Part shown: one piece after another, positions 36,575 through 43,705 of the stretch | Numbering within the stretch: position 1 is the first letter of the stretch | How the letters are laid out: each line of letters begins with the position of its first letter | From: Nitrospirota bacterium | Lineage (GTDB): Bacteria > Nitrospirota > 9FT-COMBO-42-15 > HDB-SIOI813 | Direction: 5' to 3' | NCBI GenBank assembly: GCA_023248395.1 | Contig: JAHFEQ010000002.1 | Coordinates: 1 to 43,705 of the forward strand | Length of the DNA stretch: 43,705 bases | Program-made: the position numbers and the translations under genes | The notes under the pieces: model-generated | The model's database searches: none | Told to the model about the DNA's origin: nothing | Seen by the model: only the letters and a program-made list of their open reading frames with translations

Positions 36575-37522
36575 TTAAATCCACAACTGGTCGCACTCCC
36601 TGCAGAGCTCAACATCCCTGTAACGTCCCTCCGCAAGGGCCCTTCTGAGCTCCTTTGCGGGTTTGCCGTTCCAGCCCTCCAAGACGCCTTGTGTCCTGAG
36701 GTCGCCCAGGATCAGTTTCTTCTCCATGTCCAAGCAGCAGCCGACCACCTCACCGTCCCAGGCCACGCTCATGGACCTCCATGGCTGGTGGCAGGGCTTA
36801 TATTCCTTTTTGACCACCTCGTATTTAACGTCACCGGTCACCTCCAGAGTGCCGCCGAAATTGTGGAAGCAGATCGGATGGAACTTGTCCACCGGTAGCC
36901 CTGCAAAAAGGGCCTTGAAGTTATCGGATATGACCGGCGTGCCCCTGTCAGCCTTTCGCTCCTTTATGACTTGGACCAGCACCCTGGGTCTCCTCAGACT
37001 TCGACTCTTTTTGACTTCAAGAAAATACCTGATGTTGGCGAGGGTCTTCTCGAAATTCGCATGCACTCTCATCCGCTCATAATAATCCTTTTCTTCGCCG
37101 TCGAAGCTGAAAGATATCTCCTCGAGACCCTGGCTTTCGAGGAGCCTGGTGGCCATATCTTTGGTAATGAGGGTTGCGTTGGTGTGGAGCCTGACTGGTA
37201 TCCTTGAATCTCTCGCCATTGTAATCATCTCCACCAGGTTCTTGTGCAGGAGGGATTCCCCTCCGAGGAACAGGTTAATCCTATGGATCTTAAGGTCCCT
37301 AAGCTCATCAATTATTTTTGAATACAGCCCCATGTCCATATAGCCCTTTTGGACATGCAGGCCATTTCCGTGCGGGCACATAACGCAACGAAGGTTGCAG
37401 TGGTTTGTAGGCTCGATCCAAAGTTCCCTCGGCGAATACGGAAGCTCGATAAGCCTTTTCCTGTAGGCCACCTTGTACCTGTGCCACAGGTACTTCATCT
37501 GGTACTTTGTTATTATTCTCAT
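36575..37522 (-). CDS. Radical SAM enzyme with truncated SPASM (twitch-like) C-terminal domain
   Basis: EPTNHCNLRCVMCP (CxxxCxxC). The C-terminus has CHQPWRSMSVAWDGEVVGCC (Cx12Gx4C) and CRECDQLWI-stop (CxxC), after which the protein ends. Confidence 0.85.
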   Translation of the reverse strand: MRIITKYQMKYLWHRYKVAYRKRLIELPYSPRELWIEPTNHCNLRCVMCPHGNGLHVQKGYMDMGLYSKIIDELRDLKIHRINLFLGGESLLHKNLVEMITMARDSRIPVRLHTNATLITKDMATRLLESQGLEEISFSFDGEEKDYYERMRVHANFEKTLANIRYFLEVKKSRSLRRPRVLVQVIKERKADRGTPVISDNFKALFAGLPVDKFHPICFHNFGGTLEVTGDVKYEVVKKEYKPCHQPWRSMSVAWDGEVVGCCLDMEKKLILGDLRTQGVLEGWNGKPAKELRRALAEGRYRDVELCRECDQLWI

Positions 37523-38505
37523 AAAGAGTCTATTAAAAAATCTGCAAGCCTTTTTCCAATAACTTGAACAGAAAAATGGTCTTCTACCTTTTGATGAGCT
37601 TTAGTCCCCATATTCTGTCTGAGAGTCCTATCTTCTATCAGAGTCTTTATTGCGCTGTAAAACATATCAATGGATGATACCACAAATCCCTCCGTGCCAT
37701 CTTCAACAATATCTCTGTTAATTCCCACATCTGAGCAGACAGGAGGGACTGAGGCGGCCATATATTGTAAAGCCTTGTACCCGCACTTACCTTCTGTGTA
37801 TTTATTATTTGGCAAAGGCATTACTCCGATATCAAAGAGCGCAATCTCTCTCTCCTGTGTTTCGATCCTCCATGGGATAAATTGAACTTCAATCGAAGGG
37901 ACATCGATTGCCTTGCTGCTAAGTATCCTTAATTGTATACTGTGGTCAAGTGAGAGTTTCGGGAGCACAGGAGATAATAATCCTACGTGAGGCAAATTAA
38001 CTTCTCCACCCACCCATCCTATAATAGTCTTATCACCCTGGTTTTGATAGTCTTTTAAAGGAATATTTCGTGTTTCTACTGAAGAGGGCATGACAACTAC
38101 ATTCCGGTTAAACCGGCTGGCGTAATCCGCAAGTATCCTGTTCCCGGCAACGACAAGATCAACTTTCCGTACAAGATATTTAAATTTCAGATATCTTGAT
38201 CTACTCACCAGTGTTTCCTCATCATTATGTCTATAGTAGATGGCATCATCAAAATCAAAGATCAACTTCTTGGCATATTTCCTTAAAAGTGCCGCGTCAA
38301 TGGGGGATAATAATTTCTTCTGCAGATAAGTGATATCGAATTGATGACACCTTTTTATGAGCCTGATCTTTTCTATAGAACTTTTGGGATATTTAATAAC
38401 ATCCGTAAAAATCCCCTTTTTTCCCAGTTCAGGCAGTAGATTTAATATCCTTATCCTGCTGCTCGGCAGCTTCTCGTCTTGAATTATAAATAAGACCTTG
38501 ATCAT
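37519..38505 (-). CDS. Glycosyltransferase (GT-B, family 1/4-like)
   Basis: MIKVLFIIQDEKLPSSRIRILNL, and C-terminal GKCGYKALQYMAASVPPVCSDVGINRDIVEDGTEGFVV. Its stop overlaps the downstream start. Confidence 0.7.
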   Translation of the reverse strand: MIKVLFIIQDEKLPSSRIRILNLLPELGKKGIFTDVIKYPKSSIEKIRLIKRCHQFDITYLQKKLLSPIDAALLRKYAKKLIFDFDDAIYYRHNDEETLVSRSRYLKFKYLVRKVDLVVAGNRILADYASRFNRNVVVMPSSVETRNIPLKDYQNQGDKTIIGWVGGEVNLPHVGLLSPVLPKLSLDHSIQLRILSSKAIDVPSIEVQFIPWRIETQEREIALFDIGVMPLPNNKYTEGKCGYKALQYMAASVPPVCSDVGINRDIVEDGTEGFVVSSIDMFYSAIKTLIEDRTLRQNMGTKAHQKVEDHFSVQVIGKRLADFLIDSL

Positions 38506-38535
38506 TTAAGGGCCTATTCCTTGACGCCCCTCAAT

Positions 38536-39675
38536 TCATCCGGTTGTTGTTACAGAGAGGATGACATCCATGATCTCCCCGGCCGTCCGTTGAAGGGTGA
38601 ACTGTTCCGCCTTTTTTCGAGTTCGAAGTTCCGTCTCCGGGTCCCCGGCCTTTTCTATCGCCGCTTTCACCTTACGGGCGATCTCCTGGGCATCTGTCGG
38701 CTCATTGATGATCCACCCGTCCTCCCCGTCTGTGATCACCTCGGAATTGCCGCAATCCCGGCTGGTGACCACAGGGATTCCGGTGGCCAATGCCTCCAGG
38801 ATGACATTGGCCATCGGTTCATAGAGTGTCGGTAACAGGAGGAGGTCTGAAGCGGCATAGTATCGATCAACTCCATCGATGGGTCCGAGGAACCTTACCC
38901 GTTCCAAAAGACCCCATTGTCTTGCAAGGGAGATATAGTTTCGGGTCCTTCCCTTGCCGATGACCATAAGGGTGGCATCTGCCGGAAGATAGCGCAAAGC
39001 CTCAATCGCATATCGCAGCCCCTTGCGCTCGAAGCCCGTTCCTACAAACAAGAGCAGCCATGTAGTTGGAGTAAGACCCAATTCCAGACGTACTGCATCG
39101 CGATATCTTTTTTTATTCTCCGGCCGGAATCGTTCCAGATCGACTCCGTTATAGATCACGCGGATGTCATCCTCTTTAACACGGCTATATGTCTGAAGGA
39201 TATCCCGCTTGATGAACTCTGAGGGGGTGATGATCTTCCGGAAGGCCCGTTTATTAAAGATATACCAATCAAAGAATCTGACAGACCAGTGCAGAGGATT
39301 GATGATAAGAGAAAGCTTCTTGATGGGGGATGCCTGTCGCATCCGGATATGCAACCAGGTGCGATGAACCCCGTCCGAGGCCCGGAAGATGTCCTGGGAG
39401 AATATCCGTTCGTTGCTGAAGATGACGTCCCTCTGAAAGCGCCGGAGGATAATCCATGATGCTGCGGCAAAACTCCATATCTTGAGAAGTGAAAGTCCGC
39501 CAATCATAGGAACCTCATGAAAGATAGCTGATGTTGCGTTTTTGTCTCCAGGCCACTGGTTTGCAATCACGTGGACCTCGTGTCCCTGCTGCATGAGATG
39601 AGTCGACAACAGGTGGAGATAGCGCTCTGCCCCACCGAAGGGGTTGTATCTCTTTCTGACAATAGCGATCTTCAA
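38536..39675 (-). CDS. Glycosyltransferase family 4, WaaG/RfaG-like LPS core glycosyltransferase
   Basis: MKIAIVRKRYNPFGGAERYLHLLSTHL..GHEVHV, LLPTLYEPMANVILEALATGIPVVTS. Confidence 0.8.
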   Translation of the reverse strand: MKIAIVRKRYNPFGGAERYLHLLSTHLMQQGHEVHVIANQWPGDKNATSAIFHEVPMIGGLSLLKIWSFAAASWIILRRFQRDVIFSNERIFSQDIFRASDGVHRTWLHIRMRQASPIKKLSLIINPLHWSVRFFDWYIFNKRAFRKIITPSEFIKRDILQTYSRVKEDDIRVIYNGVDLERFRPENKKRYRDAVRLELGLTPTTWLLLFVGTGFERKGLRYAIEALRYLPADATLMVIGKGRTRNYISLARQWGLLERVRFLGPIDGVDRYYAASDLLLLPTLYEPMANVILEALATGIPVVTSRDCGNSEVITDGEDGWIINEPTDAQEIARKVKAAIEKAGDPETELRTRKKAEQFTLQRTAGEIMDVILSVTTTG

Positions 39676-40526
39676 ACCAATAACTGTCCTTCGCTGTGAT
39701 TTGCCTGTATTTTCCGTTGTTGCAACTTCTGGTCATGACGCCCGATCTTACAGGTCTTGCGGATTATCTCCTCAATAAGGACCCGCTCTTGCCTGAGACC
39801 GTTTGATGGAGTAGTGTAATCTCTCAGGAATCTCAGGCGGTCCGTGCGGGTCATCATGGGTGATGGGGCAGAATAGTTCAGTGCAGCCAGATCCTTGATG
39901 ATCCATCTTCTCCGGAACCATCGCCTCCGGTCTACCCGCTGCAAGTCGAGTATCCGCCAGTCTCTCTGCCCATCTTCTGTGCGCCGGATAAAGATATGAC
40001 AACAATAGAAATCTCGGTGGTTAAAACCAGCCCCGTGCATCGTACGGGTGATTCGGGCGAGTTCCTGGATTACAGCCCTTTTTTCAGTGATCCGTTCCCT
40101 GGATAGTGGCGGTGCGAAGCGGTTCTTTAGGAATAGTTCCAGAGATTGGAAACCCACCAGTTCCTCTGTCATTAGAAATGATTCCTGCCAGAACCATGAG
40201 AGCTTTTCTCCGGAGGCTACAGGGGAAAGCGTTGGGATACCTGATTTCTGAAAGGCCTGCATGACCTCCCACTCTTTTCGGCCCCATGAGCGATGGAATC
40301 CTGAGAGAAAAGTCCGGACCATGTCTTCAATATGAAGTTTCACCCTGTGGCGCTTTAGAAAGAATGTCTTTGTCCCTTCACCCGATGGGAGTTCTATCTT
40401 CAGGATGGTGCGGGATGGCAACTGTTTGAGGACCTTTCCCCCCTGGAATGTCATAAAGTCCGGGAACAGGGAGAATCCGTTGCGTTGTAACAGTTGCCGA
40501 TGCGATTCTTCAATATATTGCCACAT
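39672..40526 (-). CDS. Lipopolysaccharide kinase (WaaP/InaA family)
   Basis: GFNHRDFYCCHIFI resembles the WaaP HRDCYICHF catalytic loop. The ATG at 40526 shares one base with the upstream TAA (TAATG). Confidence 0.8.
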   Translation of the reverse strand: MWQYIEESHRQLLQRNGFSLFPDFMTFQGGKVLKQLPSRTILKIELPSGEGTKTFFLKRHRVKLHIEDMVRTFLSGFHRSWGRKEWEVMQAFQKSGIPTLSPVASGEKLSWFWQESFLMTEELVGFQSLELFLKNRFAPPLSRERITEKRAVIQELARITRTMHGAGFNHRDFYCCHIFIRRTEDGQRDWRILDLQRVDRRRWFRRRWIIKDLAALNYSAPSPMMTRTDRLRFLRDYTTPSNGLRQERVLIEEIIRKTCKIGRHDQKLQQRKIQANHSEGQLLV

Positions 40527-41233
40527 TATTTGATTTTCCTGGCCAGGATGACCCACTTGTCAGAAAACAGGGGAAATGTAGGAAAGATTTTGACGAGTTC
40601 GAGTCCGGCCTTCAGGAAATCCTCTGCAATATCCTGCCGGGAGACGCGCTGATAAGGTTTTGTCGAAAGACCCAGCACCCCCTGCAGACGTTTCAAGCGG
40701 TATTTGAGCGTGTATTTATGACGATAATCCACGATGACCCATTGACGACTAATGCGGGTCATCTCGTTCAATGCCCTCTTCCGTACCTCTGCCGGCAGGT
40801 GAAATAGAAACCTGATGCTGAATACGGCGTCAAACTGATTGTCATGGAATGGGAGTGTCTCTGCATCACAACGGATAAACCCGTTTAAGGACTGGATACC
40901 ACGTGATTTCTTCCGTGCCACCTGCATCATCTCCAGTGACAGGTCTGCGCCGGTGAGCCGGATACTCCTGGAAAACAGGGTTGAGAAGATACGGCCAGTA
41001 CCACAAGGAATATCAAGAGCGGTCCGGATAGAAGCTTTCAGCGAAGAGGCAGTGTCGATAGCCTTTGCAATAGCTTGAAGCTTTCTTTTGTTGCTCCACT
41101 GGCGGCTATAGGTAGACCATCGCACTGCATCATAACCGGCCGCTGTTTTAACCGTTTGATAATGGGTCTTCTTCCGGCCATAATCGAGCTGGTCTGGCGT
41201 TGCGGATGAACTACCGGGTTTGATCTCTGTCAT
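40526..41233 (-). CDS. Class I SAM-dependent methyltransferase
   Basis: ALDIPCGTGRIFSTL (motif I), FDAVFSIRFLFHL. Start taken at ATG 41233, which forms a TAATG junction with the upstream gene; the ORF-track start at 41350 would overlap that gene by 118 nt. Confidence 0.75.
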   Translation of the reverse strand: MTEIKPGSSSATPDQLDYGRKKTHYQTVKTAAGYDAVRWSTYSRQWSNKRKLQAIAKAIDTASSLKASIRTALDIPCGTGRIFSTLFSRSIRLTGADLSLEMMQVARKKSRGIQSLNGFIRCDAETLPFHDNQFDAVFSIRFLFHLPAEVRKRALNEMTRISRQWVIVDYRHKYTLKYRLKRLQGVLGLSTKPYQRVSRQDIAEDFLKAGLELVKIFPTFPLFSDKWVILARKIK

Positions 41234-42132
41234 TATCTTCCCCTGAGTAAACGGTAGCTCCCCTTGACCGGGAAGCGGTCGGTGAGATGCTTTGTCAGTA
41301 TTGTCTTCAGGATTCGCCACCGGTTTCTCCATGTTATTTTTGTTTCCCACTGCGGAGAGGATAAATCCAATGAAACAGGGTGCTTTCTGATCCTGTCCAT
41401 CATCACCTTTGGGTGCGCCTCCTCATAGGGGGCCACAAATTGCCGCGGAAGATGCTGGTAGAGATTTTTATAATATCCCCTCGACCTGTCCTCACTCCAG
41501 TAGTTTGCAACCGTCTCACTCTTGGCCTTAAGGGCCTTTTCTGACCTGACATTGGAATAATGAAACAGCCGGGCTTCCGTATCTACAACCCGTATCCGAT
41601 GCCCGCGTTCTTTATATTTTGGGTGGACTGTAAACCCGGCAGCATCCCCCCTGGAGAGAACAAAGCGATGAGGCTTGATAATCCAGCACCGTCTTCTCTC
41701 ATGCCAGGGATATACGTTGATAATCGTTTTGTAATCCCCCCAGAAGTTCAGTTCCCGGAGGGCGAGCCCTTCTACACGGTCATCGCCCAAATACCGGTCG
41801 ACATACTCCATGATAAAGGGAAGGTCTTCTTCATGCACGACTTCATCTGCCTGGAGATAAAAGGCCCATTTTCCCATGCAATTGAAGAGTGCAATGTTGG
41901 TCTGCTGGGCATAGATATAGGCCCCTGTGGTCAGGTTAGGGTTCCATTGGCTCTGGATAATTTTGATTTTTGAATCTCCAATTGACCTGATCAGGTCCAG
42001 TGTCCCGTCCTCATCCGGTCCCACATTGACAATAAATTCATCCACGATCGGGAGGATGGAGGAGATACTCTCAACTACCGGATAATCTAGCCTGACGGCA
42101 TTACGTACAAAGGTAAATCCCGAAAGCTTCAT
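41233..42132 (-). CDS. Probable glycosyltransferase (GT2-like, GT-A fold)
   Basis: MKLSGFTFVRNAVRLDYPVVESISSILPIVDEFIVNVGPDEDGT and YLQADEVVHEED resemble proteins I recall being annotated as glycosyltransferase family 2. Assignment is from memory. Confidence 0.55.
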   Translation of the reverse strand: MKLSGFTFVRNAVRLDYPVVESISSILPIVDEFIVNVGPDEDGTLDLIRSIGDSKIKIIQSQWNPNLTTGAYIYAQQTNIALFNCMGKWAFYLQADEVVHEEDLPFIMEYVDRYLGDDRVEGLALRELNFWGDYKTIINVYPWHERRRCWIIKPHRFVLSRGDAAGFTVHPKYKERGHRIRVVDTEARLFHYSNVRSEKALKAKSETVANYWSEDRSRGYYKNLYQHLPRQFVAPYEEAHPKVMMDRIRKHPVSLDLSSPQWETKITWRNRWRILKTILTKHLTDRFPVKGSYRLLRGR

Positions 42133-42986
42133 AGATACCCCTTCTCGGAAAGATAATCCTTCAACGCGTCCTTCCAGGGCCTCATATCATCAAGACCAAG
42201 TCTCGTGAGATTCCTGTTTTCAAGAACGGAGTAGGCCGGTCTCCTTGCCTTGGCCCCATATTCGGCCGCAGTGGTGGGGGAGAGGTTCGCCTTTATTCCT
42301 GTAAGATCAAATACGGTCCTGGCAAACTCATACCATGAGCAGCTACCCTCATTTGTCATATGATAGAGCCCATATTCACGGGTCCTTATCAGTTGTGAGA
42401 CCTTGAATGCGAGTTCCCTGGCATAAGTGGGGGTCACGATCTGGTCTGCTACAATCCGGATAGGCTTCTTTTGCTTCGATAGCTTTAGCATCAGTTCTAC
42501 AAAATTTTCCCCTTTACCGCTGATCCCTTTTGCCCCGTAAAGGCCGCAGGTCCTTATGACAAAGTGGCGATTGCAAATGTTTCTCACAAAATATTCACCC
42601 GCAAGTTTTGATACGGCATAGACACTCAGGGGATTTGGCATATCCTCTTCTGTGTAAGGGATTCCTTTTTCTCCCCCGAATACATAATCTGTGCTGAAGT
42701 GGACCAGTGTGGTATCCAGTTCAGAGCATATCTTTGCAAGGGTTCTTACCGCATAGGCATTGACTGAAAAGCTCTTCTCTACATTATCTTCACAATCATC
42801 CACACGGTGATAGGCGGTGGTATTGATCACCACATCAGGCATGTTCGAGGAGAGGATGTCATTGACCTGCTCCTGATTGGTCATCTCAATATCGATATGT
42901 GTCAATGGGATAAGGACATCATCCTGCAGGATGTTGACTAATTCACTTCCTAATTGGCCCCCGGCGCCTATGATCATTATCTTCAT
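42129..42986 (-). CDS. rmlD: dTDP-4-dehydrorhamnose reductase
   Basis: MKIMIIGAGGQLGSEL, STDYVFGG, YAVSKLAGE (YxxxK), and SWYEFA. Confidence 0.9.
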   Translation of the reverse strand: MKIMIIGAGGQLGSELVNILQDDVLIPLTHIDIEMTNQEQVNDILSSNMPDVVINTTAYHRVDDCEDNVEKSFSVNAYAVRTLAKICSELDTTLVHFSTDYVFGGEKGIPYTEEDMPNPLSVYAVSKLAGEYFVRNICNRHFVIRTCGLYGAKGISGKGENFVELMLKLSKQKKPIRIVADQIVTPTYARELAFKVSQLIRTREYGLYHMTNEGSCSWYEFARTVFDLTGIKANLSPTTAAEYGAKARRPAYSVLENRNLTRLGLDDMRPWKDALKDYLSEKGYL

Positions 42987-43008
42987 CCGAAAATATCCTT
43001 GTTAACCC

Positions 43009-43087
43009 ATCCCCACCCTGTCCCTCCCCTTGAAGGGGAGGGTAATTTCCTCTCCTTCAGGGAGAGGATTAAGGTGAGGGTGGGGAT
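43009..43087. repeat. Compound family B element folding as a three-way junction
   Basis: Outer 11-bp stem ATCCCCACCCT(43009-43019)/AGGGTGGGGAT(43077-43087). Inner hairpins are CCCTCCCC-TTGAA-GGGGAGGG (43022-43042) and CCTCTCC-TTCAG-GGAGAGG (43049-43067). Confidence 0.85.
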
Positions 43088-43110
43088 TTTCATCATCCTT
43101 TGTGAGCCTA

Positions 43111-43698
43111 TTAATATGCAGCTTTAAGTATAAATATAATCAAGCAGCCGGCGATGCCTACCCATGTGTGATTTTCTCTGTGTCTCTTGACCAGTTGCCA
43201 GTCAAAGTTGAAACTCTTCAATCCCCCCTCACTCCCCTTTTGTAAAGGGGGGGATAGGGGGATTATTTTAAACGGAAAAAAGACCGGAACTTTACTCTTA
43301 TAGGCTAAATAGGCATCACCGAATTTTTCTAATAAGCTTTTATCCTCATTCCTTATGGTTATTATATAGACAATGCTGAATATTTTCAGGAAAAGGAATA
43401 AAAGCACAAGGTTATTGGCCATGAGGCTAAAACCAAGGCCGATAAAGAAGTTACCGAGATATAGTGGATTTCTTGTGAGGGCATAAGGTCCTTCCTGCGC
43501 AAGCTCTTTATCCTTTTTGATAAAACCAGAGGCCCATGTCCTGATAGCCTCACCCAGAAGGATAAATGGGGCCCCTATCAGTATTGCTGTCAGGGTAGGT
43601 GTAGCAAAGTATATAAAAGATAACCCTGCAATAAAACTTAATATAATCCGCTGACGTCCAATGATATGAAGTAGAAAATTTAAGAAACTCCGTAGCAT
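43111..43698 (-). CDS. Isoprenylcysteine carboxyl / phospholipid methyltransferase-family membrane protein
   Basis: Multi-TM protein with GPYALTRNPLYLGNFFIGLGFSL and EDKSLLEKFGDAYLAYKSKVP. It carries an in-frame palindromic-repeat insertion (see repeat 43220-43264). Confidence 0.75.
   Translation of the reverse strand: MLRSFLNFLLHIIGRQRIILSFIAGLSFIYFATPTLTAILIGAPFILLGEAIRTWASGFIKKDKELAQEGPYALTRNPLYLGNFFIGLGFSLMANNLVLLFLFLKIFSIVYIITIRNEDKSLLEKFGDAYLAYKSKVPVFFPFKIIPLSPPLQKGSEGGLKSFNFDWQLVKRHRENHTWVGIAGCLIIFILKAAY
43220..43264. repeat. Palindromic element, family C, in frame inside the ICMT-like CDS
   Basis: AATCCCCCCTCACTCCCCTTTTGTAAAGGGGGGGATAGGGGGATT shares its termini and centre with 11804-11847. 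On the minus strand it encodes IPLSPPLQKGSEGGL. Confidence 0.85.
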
Positions 43699-43705
43699 TT
43701 GAAAA

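Noticed and set aside
33988-37522. Radical SAM/SPASM enzyme acting as an anaerobic sulfatase-maturating enzyme for the nearby sulfatase-fold protein.
   Set aside because: The sulfatase-fold protein has a Thr-type nucleophile region (GGNATRF), as in YejM- and EptA-like proteins, and lacks the C/S-x-P-x-R formylglycine motif. The radical SAM protein is shorter than anSMEs and has only a half SPASM domain.
10505-43264. Recurring short palindromes as a possible CRISPR array.
   Set aside because: The copies are kilobases apart, belong to different families, appear in both orientations, have no regular repeat-spacer periodicity, and no cas genes are present.

Overview
This is a 43.7-kb chromosomal window from a diderm (Gram-negative-type) bacterium, with about 45 tightly packed CDSs. 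I saw no rRNA, tRNA, CRISPR array, transposase or integrase.

Layout:
- (i) 1-11.85 kb, + strand: a rhamnose-type glycan locus. It holds a GT2, two GT4s, a wHTH regulator, long-form rmlA, an alkaline-phosphatase-superfamily enzyme, rmlC, rmlB, a methyltransferase and a TMTC-like GT-C/TPR membrane protein. An AT-rich decayed ~1-kb scar (2073-3070) interrupts it.
- (ii) 11.85-16.7 kb: a secreted 8-repeat BNR/Asp-box propeller with a [10 protein letters not shown]-type C-terminal anchor, a DUF4416-like gene, and a Cache-HAMP-PAS-GAF sensor with no output domain.
- (iii) 16.8-22.7 kb: housekeeping genes rplM-rpsI-argC-argJ-rpsB-tsf-pyrH-frr.
- (iv) 22.7-32.1 kb: a PA2779/PA2778-like trio (small membrane protein, C39-like lipoprotein peptidase, TPR lipoprotein), then alr, mlaE-mlaF and a long MlaD, acs (minus strand), a secreted single-HKD PLD/Nuc-like protein, and an outer-membrane beta-barrel candidate.
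- (v) 32.3-43.7 kb: a 13-gene minus-strand LPS-core-type operon. It contains a GT9 heptosyltransferase, a YejM-like protein, three methyltransferases, a radical SAM enzyme with a half-SPASM domain, glycosyltransferases, a WaaP-like kinase, rmlD and an ICMT-like methyltransferase.

At least four families of short palindromic REP/MITE-like elements are superimposed on this layout. Several sit in frame inside CDSs or form the C-terminal tail of a protein.

Nothing here is a canonical defence or mobile system. The candidates I consider most worth follow-up are:
- the split PA2779/PA2778-like module;
- the TMTC-like GT-C enzyme embedded in the rml genes, next to a repeat-rich surface protein;
- the twitch-type radical SAM enzyme inside the LPS operon;
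- the palindromic operator plus half-sites around the glycan-locus regulator;
- the coding-embedded palindromic repeats.

All family names come from motif recognition by eye and need HMM or BLAST confirmation.
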